From positions 448,001 to 512,000 of the forward strand of contig CBDEUK010000002.1 of assembly GCA_965243205.1 (NCBI GenBank): a DNA stretch of 64,000 nt. The letters run 5' to 3'. Below the pieces are notes generated by a model. The model was not told where the DNA came from. It saw only the letters and a program-made list of their open reading frames with translations, and searched no databases. This DNA is from Gammaproteobacteria bacterium. GTDB taxonomy: Bacteria; Pseudomonadota; Gammaproteobacteria; Eutrophobiales; Eutrophobiaceae. Position numbers and translations under genes: made by a program. Shown here in pieces: positions 60,806 through 64,000 of the stretch (the stretch's first letter is position 1; each line of letters begins with the position of its first letter).

Positions 60806-60826
60806 TATAGTATTTAGGGAATACTC

Positions 60827-61591
60827 GTGTATCAATCAATTTTCTGGTCTTTTATTGGCATAGCCATTGTTTCTTTTTCGATTAACGCTGCAGAACCTCT
60901 AAAATCCGCTGTCGAAACGACTTTAGAATCTCAAAACAATAATATTCAATCGCAAAAAACTATCGATTCATTGGCTGATTCAACCCGAACGATGGAACAA
61001 GAATATAAAACTATCCTGCATTCAATGGATGGACTTGTAAGCTATAACAATCAATTACAAGTACTTGTTAAAAAACAACAAGACGAGTTGTCTTCGATTC
61101 AAAAACAGCTTGGATATATCGAAGAAACTCAACGTGACATTGTGCCTTTGATGCTCAAAATGATTAATGTCTTAGAAGAATTTATCAGCCTTGATCTTCC
61201 TTTCCTAAAATCAGAACGCGAAGAACGTATCACATTGATTAAAGAAATTATGGATAGACCTGATGTGACACTTCCAGATAAATATCGACGCATTATGGAA
61301 GCGTATCAAATAGAGATGGAATACGGTCGTACCATTGAAGCTTATGAAGATGAAATTAATGTAAATGGTAAAAATCAAACGGTAGATATTTTACGTGTAG
61401 GACGATTAGCTCTAGCGTTTTCAACTTTAGATAAAAATACTGTTGGTAAATGGGATCCTCAAATCAAACAATGGACCATTCTTGATAGCACGCAAAACCA
61501 AGGCATACAACGCGGCATTAAAATAGCACGTAATCAAGCACCCCCAGATCTATTTGCTGTTCCTGTCACAGCACCGGAGGTAGCAAAATGA
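60827..61591 (+). CDS. DUF3450 family protein (TtpB-like)
   Basis: Signal peptide, coiled coil, DLPFL..ER, KYRRIMEAYQIEMEYGR, LRVGRL. Confidence 0.88.
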   Translation: MYQSIFWSFIGIAIVSFSINAAEPLKSAVETTLESQNNNIQSQKTIDSLADSTRTMEQEYKTILHSMDGLVSYNNQLQVLVKKQQDELSSIQKQLGYIEETQRDIVPLMLKMINVLEEFISLDLPFLKSEREERITLIKEIMDRPDVTLPDKYRRIMEAYQIEMEYGRTIEAYEDEINVNGKNQTVDILRVGRLALAFSTLDKNTVGKWDPQIKQWTILDSTQNQGIQRGIKIARNQAPPDLFAVPVTAPEVAK

Positions 61592-62946
61592 TTTTACGAA
61601 TAACAACTGTTTTATTTTTTGTCTTCTTTATTAGTAATGCACAAAGTCAAAGTAAAGCGACTTCATTAGATGAATTAGTTAATCAAGTTAAGCAAGAACG
61701 TTTAAAAGAGAAACAAGCTTTAAACAAACGTGAACAACGATTTAAAGCTGCAAGAGATAAACAATCTTCTTTACTTAATCAAATAAAACAAAAATACACT
61801 AAAGAAGAATCACGCGGTGATAGTCTCAGAAGAAAATATGAATTAAATCAAACAAACATCAACCGTCTACAAACTCAATTAGATAACAAAGCCGGCTCAC
61901 TGGATGAATTACATGGTATTGTGAGACAAATTTCTCAAGACATAAATAATGTAATAGATGGCTCTATCATCACAGCTCAAAAACCCGAACGAGCTGAAAC
62001 CTTAAATCAGCTAATAGAGAGTAAAGAACTACCTTCTATTCAAGAACTGGAAAAGCTTTGGTTAGTGACATTAGATGAAATGGCTGAATCAGCAAAAGTC
62101 GTTTCATACCCTACCAAGGTAATACGTAATACAGGCGAAGAAGCTCAAGTCAATGTAACTCGCGTAGGAAGTTTTAATACCTTCGCTGAAGGCAATTATC
62201 TACGTTATCTTCCAGAAACAGGAAGATTAGTAGAACCTGGTCGCCAACCAACACCTCGTTATCGTGCTATGGCCAGAGAATTAGAAACATCTAGTTCAGG
62301 TAGTCATTCCATTGCACTTGATCCAACCCGTGGTGCAATGTTGGCCTTACTCGTTCAAGTCCCAAATACCATGGAACGTATTAAGCAAGGTGGACTCGTT
62401 GGTTATATTATTATTGCGGTTGGTATTATCGGTTTATTAATTTCAATTGAACGTATTATTAGCTTAAGCATTACAGGTTCAAAAGTTCGTGGTCAGTTAA
62501 AAACCAAGTCTGCAAAAAATAATCCATTAGGTCGTATTTTGAAGGTCTACAAAGATAATACAAACGTTGATGTTGAAACTTTAGAATTCAAGCTCGATGA
62601 AGCCATCTTAAAAGAGTTACCGAAACTACAACGTGGTATGAACATACTTGCCCTACTAGCGGCAATCGCTCCACTATTAGGCCTATTAGGTACTGTCGTC
62701 GGTATTATTGAAACCTTCCAGTCGATCACCTTATTTGGCACAGGTGATCCGAGAGCCATGTCTGATGGTATCTCTCAAGCATTGGTCACAACGGTTATGG
62801 GGCTTGTTGTCGCAATACCATTATTGTTACTGCACAGTTTCATTTCAGGTAAAAGTAATAGCATTGTTCAAACCTTAGATGAAAAAAGCAAAAGCTTTAT
62901 TGCTCAACTGGCAGAATTCAAACAATCTAAGCGAGCCAATGTATAA
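61588..62946 (+). CDS. Large MotA/TolQ/ExbB family protein (TtpC-like)
   Basis: Periplasmic coiled coil, DPTRG, APLLGLLGTV, GISQALVTT. Confidence 0.9.
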   Translation: MILRITTVLFFVFFISNAQSQSKATSLDELVNQVKQERLKEKQALNKREQRFKAARDKQSSLLNQIKQKYTKEESRGDSLRRKYELNQTNINRLQTQLDNKAGSLDELHGIVRQISQDINNVIDGSIITAQKPERAETLNQLIESKELPSIQELEKLWLVTLDEMAESAKVVSYPTKVIRNTGEEAQVNVTRVGSFNTFAEGNYLRYLPETGRLVEPGRQPTPRYRAMARELETSSSGSHSIALDPTRGAMLALLVQVPNTMERIKQGGLVGYIIIAVGIIGLLISIERIISLSITGSKVRGQLKTKSAKNNPLGRILKVYKDNTNVDVETLEFKLDEAILKELPKLQRGMNILALLAAIAPLLGLLGTVVGIIETFQSITLFGTGDPRAMSDGISQALVTTVMGLVVAIPLLLLHSFISGKSNSIVQTLDEKSKSFIAQLAEFKQSKRANV

Positions 62947-63451
62947 CTTTTATATACAATTTAACGAATTTTTCGACCAAGGTGGTCCTGTACTATTTGT
63001 GATCTTACTTTCTTCAATTCTGTTATGGAGTTTGATCATTGAACGCTACTGGTTTTTTTTAGTCGGTTATAAAAAAATTCATAATAAAACCATTAAACAA
63101 TGGGAAAAACGGACCGATAAAAACTCATGGCATTCGAAAATGGTTCGTGAAGGCTTATTAGCGGATATTCAAGTCAGTGCAAAATATAACCTGATACCAA
63201 TTAACACTTTAATTGCTGTGTTGCCGCTGTTAGGTTTGTTAGGAACGGTGACAGGAATGATTACTATCTTCGATGTGATAAATGTCTTCGGTACTAGCAA
63301 TGCAAGAGGTATGGCCGATGGTATTTCGCGCGCGTTATTACCAACAACTGCAGGCTTGGTCACATCCATTGTCGCACTCTACTTTAGTACTGATTTAAGC
63401 CGCAGAGCACAAAACCAATTAGATAAAACCAGAGATTTATTAACACACTAA
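62939..63451 (+). CDS. exbB: ExbB proton channel
   Basis: GGPVL, LPLLGLLGTVTGMI, GISRALLPT; ATG 62939 overlaps the upstream gene. Confidence 0.88.
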   Translation: MYNFYIQFNEFFDQGGPVLFVILLSSILLWSLIIERYWFFLVGYKKIHNKTIKQWEKRTDKNSWHSKMVREGLLADIQVSAKYNLIPINTLIAVLPLLGLLGTVTGMITIFDVINVFGTSNARGMADGISRALLPTTAGLVTSIVALYFSTDLSRRAQNQLDKTRDLLTH

Positions 63452-63456
63452 ATATT

Positions 63457-63861
63457 ATGCGTAACCGTCATACGAATAACGATAATGTAGCTTCTAACGT
63501 AAACTTAACACCATTAATTGATATGGTGTTTATTTTACTTATCTTCTTTTTAGTCACCGCTTCATTTACCAAAGAGTCTGGCATTGAAGTTGACAGACCA
63601 TCGGCTAAAACAGCTACTCGTCAAGAACAAGGCACGCTTATTATTGGCGTTAATGAAATCGGTGAAGTATGGATTGAAGGCAAAAAAGTTAAACTTCGTT
63701 CTGTACGTGCACATGTTGAACGTTTAACAGCTCAAAACCCGGAAGGCACCGTAATTATTATGGCGGATAAAAAATCGAATACAGGCGTTACTATAGATGT
63801 ATTAGATCAAGTTCGATTAGCCGGTGTTTCCAATGTTTCTATTGCAGCAAAGCAAGAATAA
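63457..63861 (+). CDS. exbD: ExbD
   Basis: NLTPLIDMVFILLIFFLVT; IMADK. Confidence 0.93.
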   Translation: MRNRHTNNDNVASNVNLTPLIDMVFILLIFFLVTASFTKESGIEVDRPSAKTATRQEQGTLIIGVNEIGEVWIEGKKVKLRSVRAHVERLTAQNPEGTVIIMADKKSNTGVTIDVLDQVRLAGVSNVSIAAKQE

Positions 63862-63873
63862 GTAAATATTCCA

Positions 63874-64000
63874 ATGTGGTCTTCTTTATCACGTACTCCA
63901 GCTTTTGTTTTTTTTGCATTTATTGCGAATTTATTTATTTTTTATTTCATTATGCAATTGGTAACGAACGAAGATTTCAGAGCTCGTTCGTTTGATTCAG
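63874..64000 (+). CDS. Probable TonB, N-terminus; truncated by the window end
   Basis: MWSSLSRTPAFVFFAFIANLFIFYFIMQLV TM anchor, immediately after exbD in ttpB-ttpC-exbB-exbD-tonB order. Confidence 0.6.
   Translation, partial: MWSSLSRTPAFVFFAFIANLFIFYFIMQLVTNEDFRARSFDS

Noticed and set aside
1-64000. CRISPR arrays, tRNA/rRNA genes, IS elements, prophage
   Set aside because: No regularly spaced repeats, cloverleaf motifs, transposase, integrase or phage genes found; nearly all of the sequence is accounted for by chromosomal genes.

Overview
An AT-rich gammaproteobacterial chromosomal segment. I found no rRNA, tRNA, CRISPR array or transposase. Housekeeping genes: efp-epmA/epmB, parE-parC, xseB-ispA-folE2 (no dxs), mazG, hrpA, ampG. 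Envelope genes: an Lpp/OprI-type lipoprotein with an L,D-transpeptidase, two beta-barrels, a VPLPA-CTERM protein and a TonB2-type Ttp/Exb operon. The right half is a C1-metabolism cofactor region. It holds a Moco/bis-MGD cluster with fdhD and an OFA-family transporter, the H4MPT/methylofuran genes orf20-orf19-orf22(mfnB)-pcbD divergent from pqqBCDE-pip-folP (no adjacent pqqA), PedA1/PedA2(LutA/LutB)-like genes and a MoxY-type two-component system. This suggests a methylotroph, possibly lanthanide-using. The strongest unannotated signal is non-coding. Three short elements carry a CU-rich anti-Shine-Dalgarno seed just upstream of an intrinsic terminator, and each lies behind a different alternative-sigma promoter motif (sigma28 at ~2.8 kb, sigma54 with IHF at ~9.8 kb, sigmaE via a 3'UTR at ~29.7 kb). 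A fourth, structured sigma54/IHF/enhancer-driven RNA candidate lies between parE and parC. All calls come from manual reading; no database search was run.
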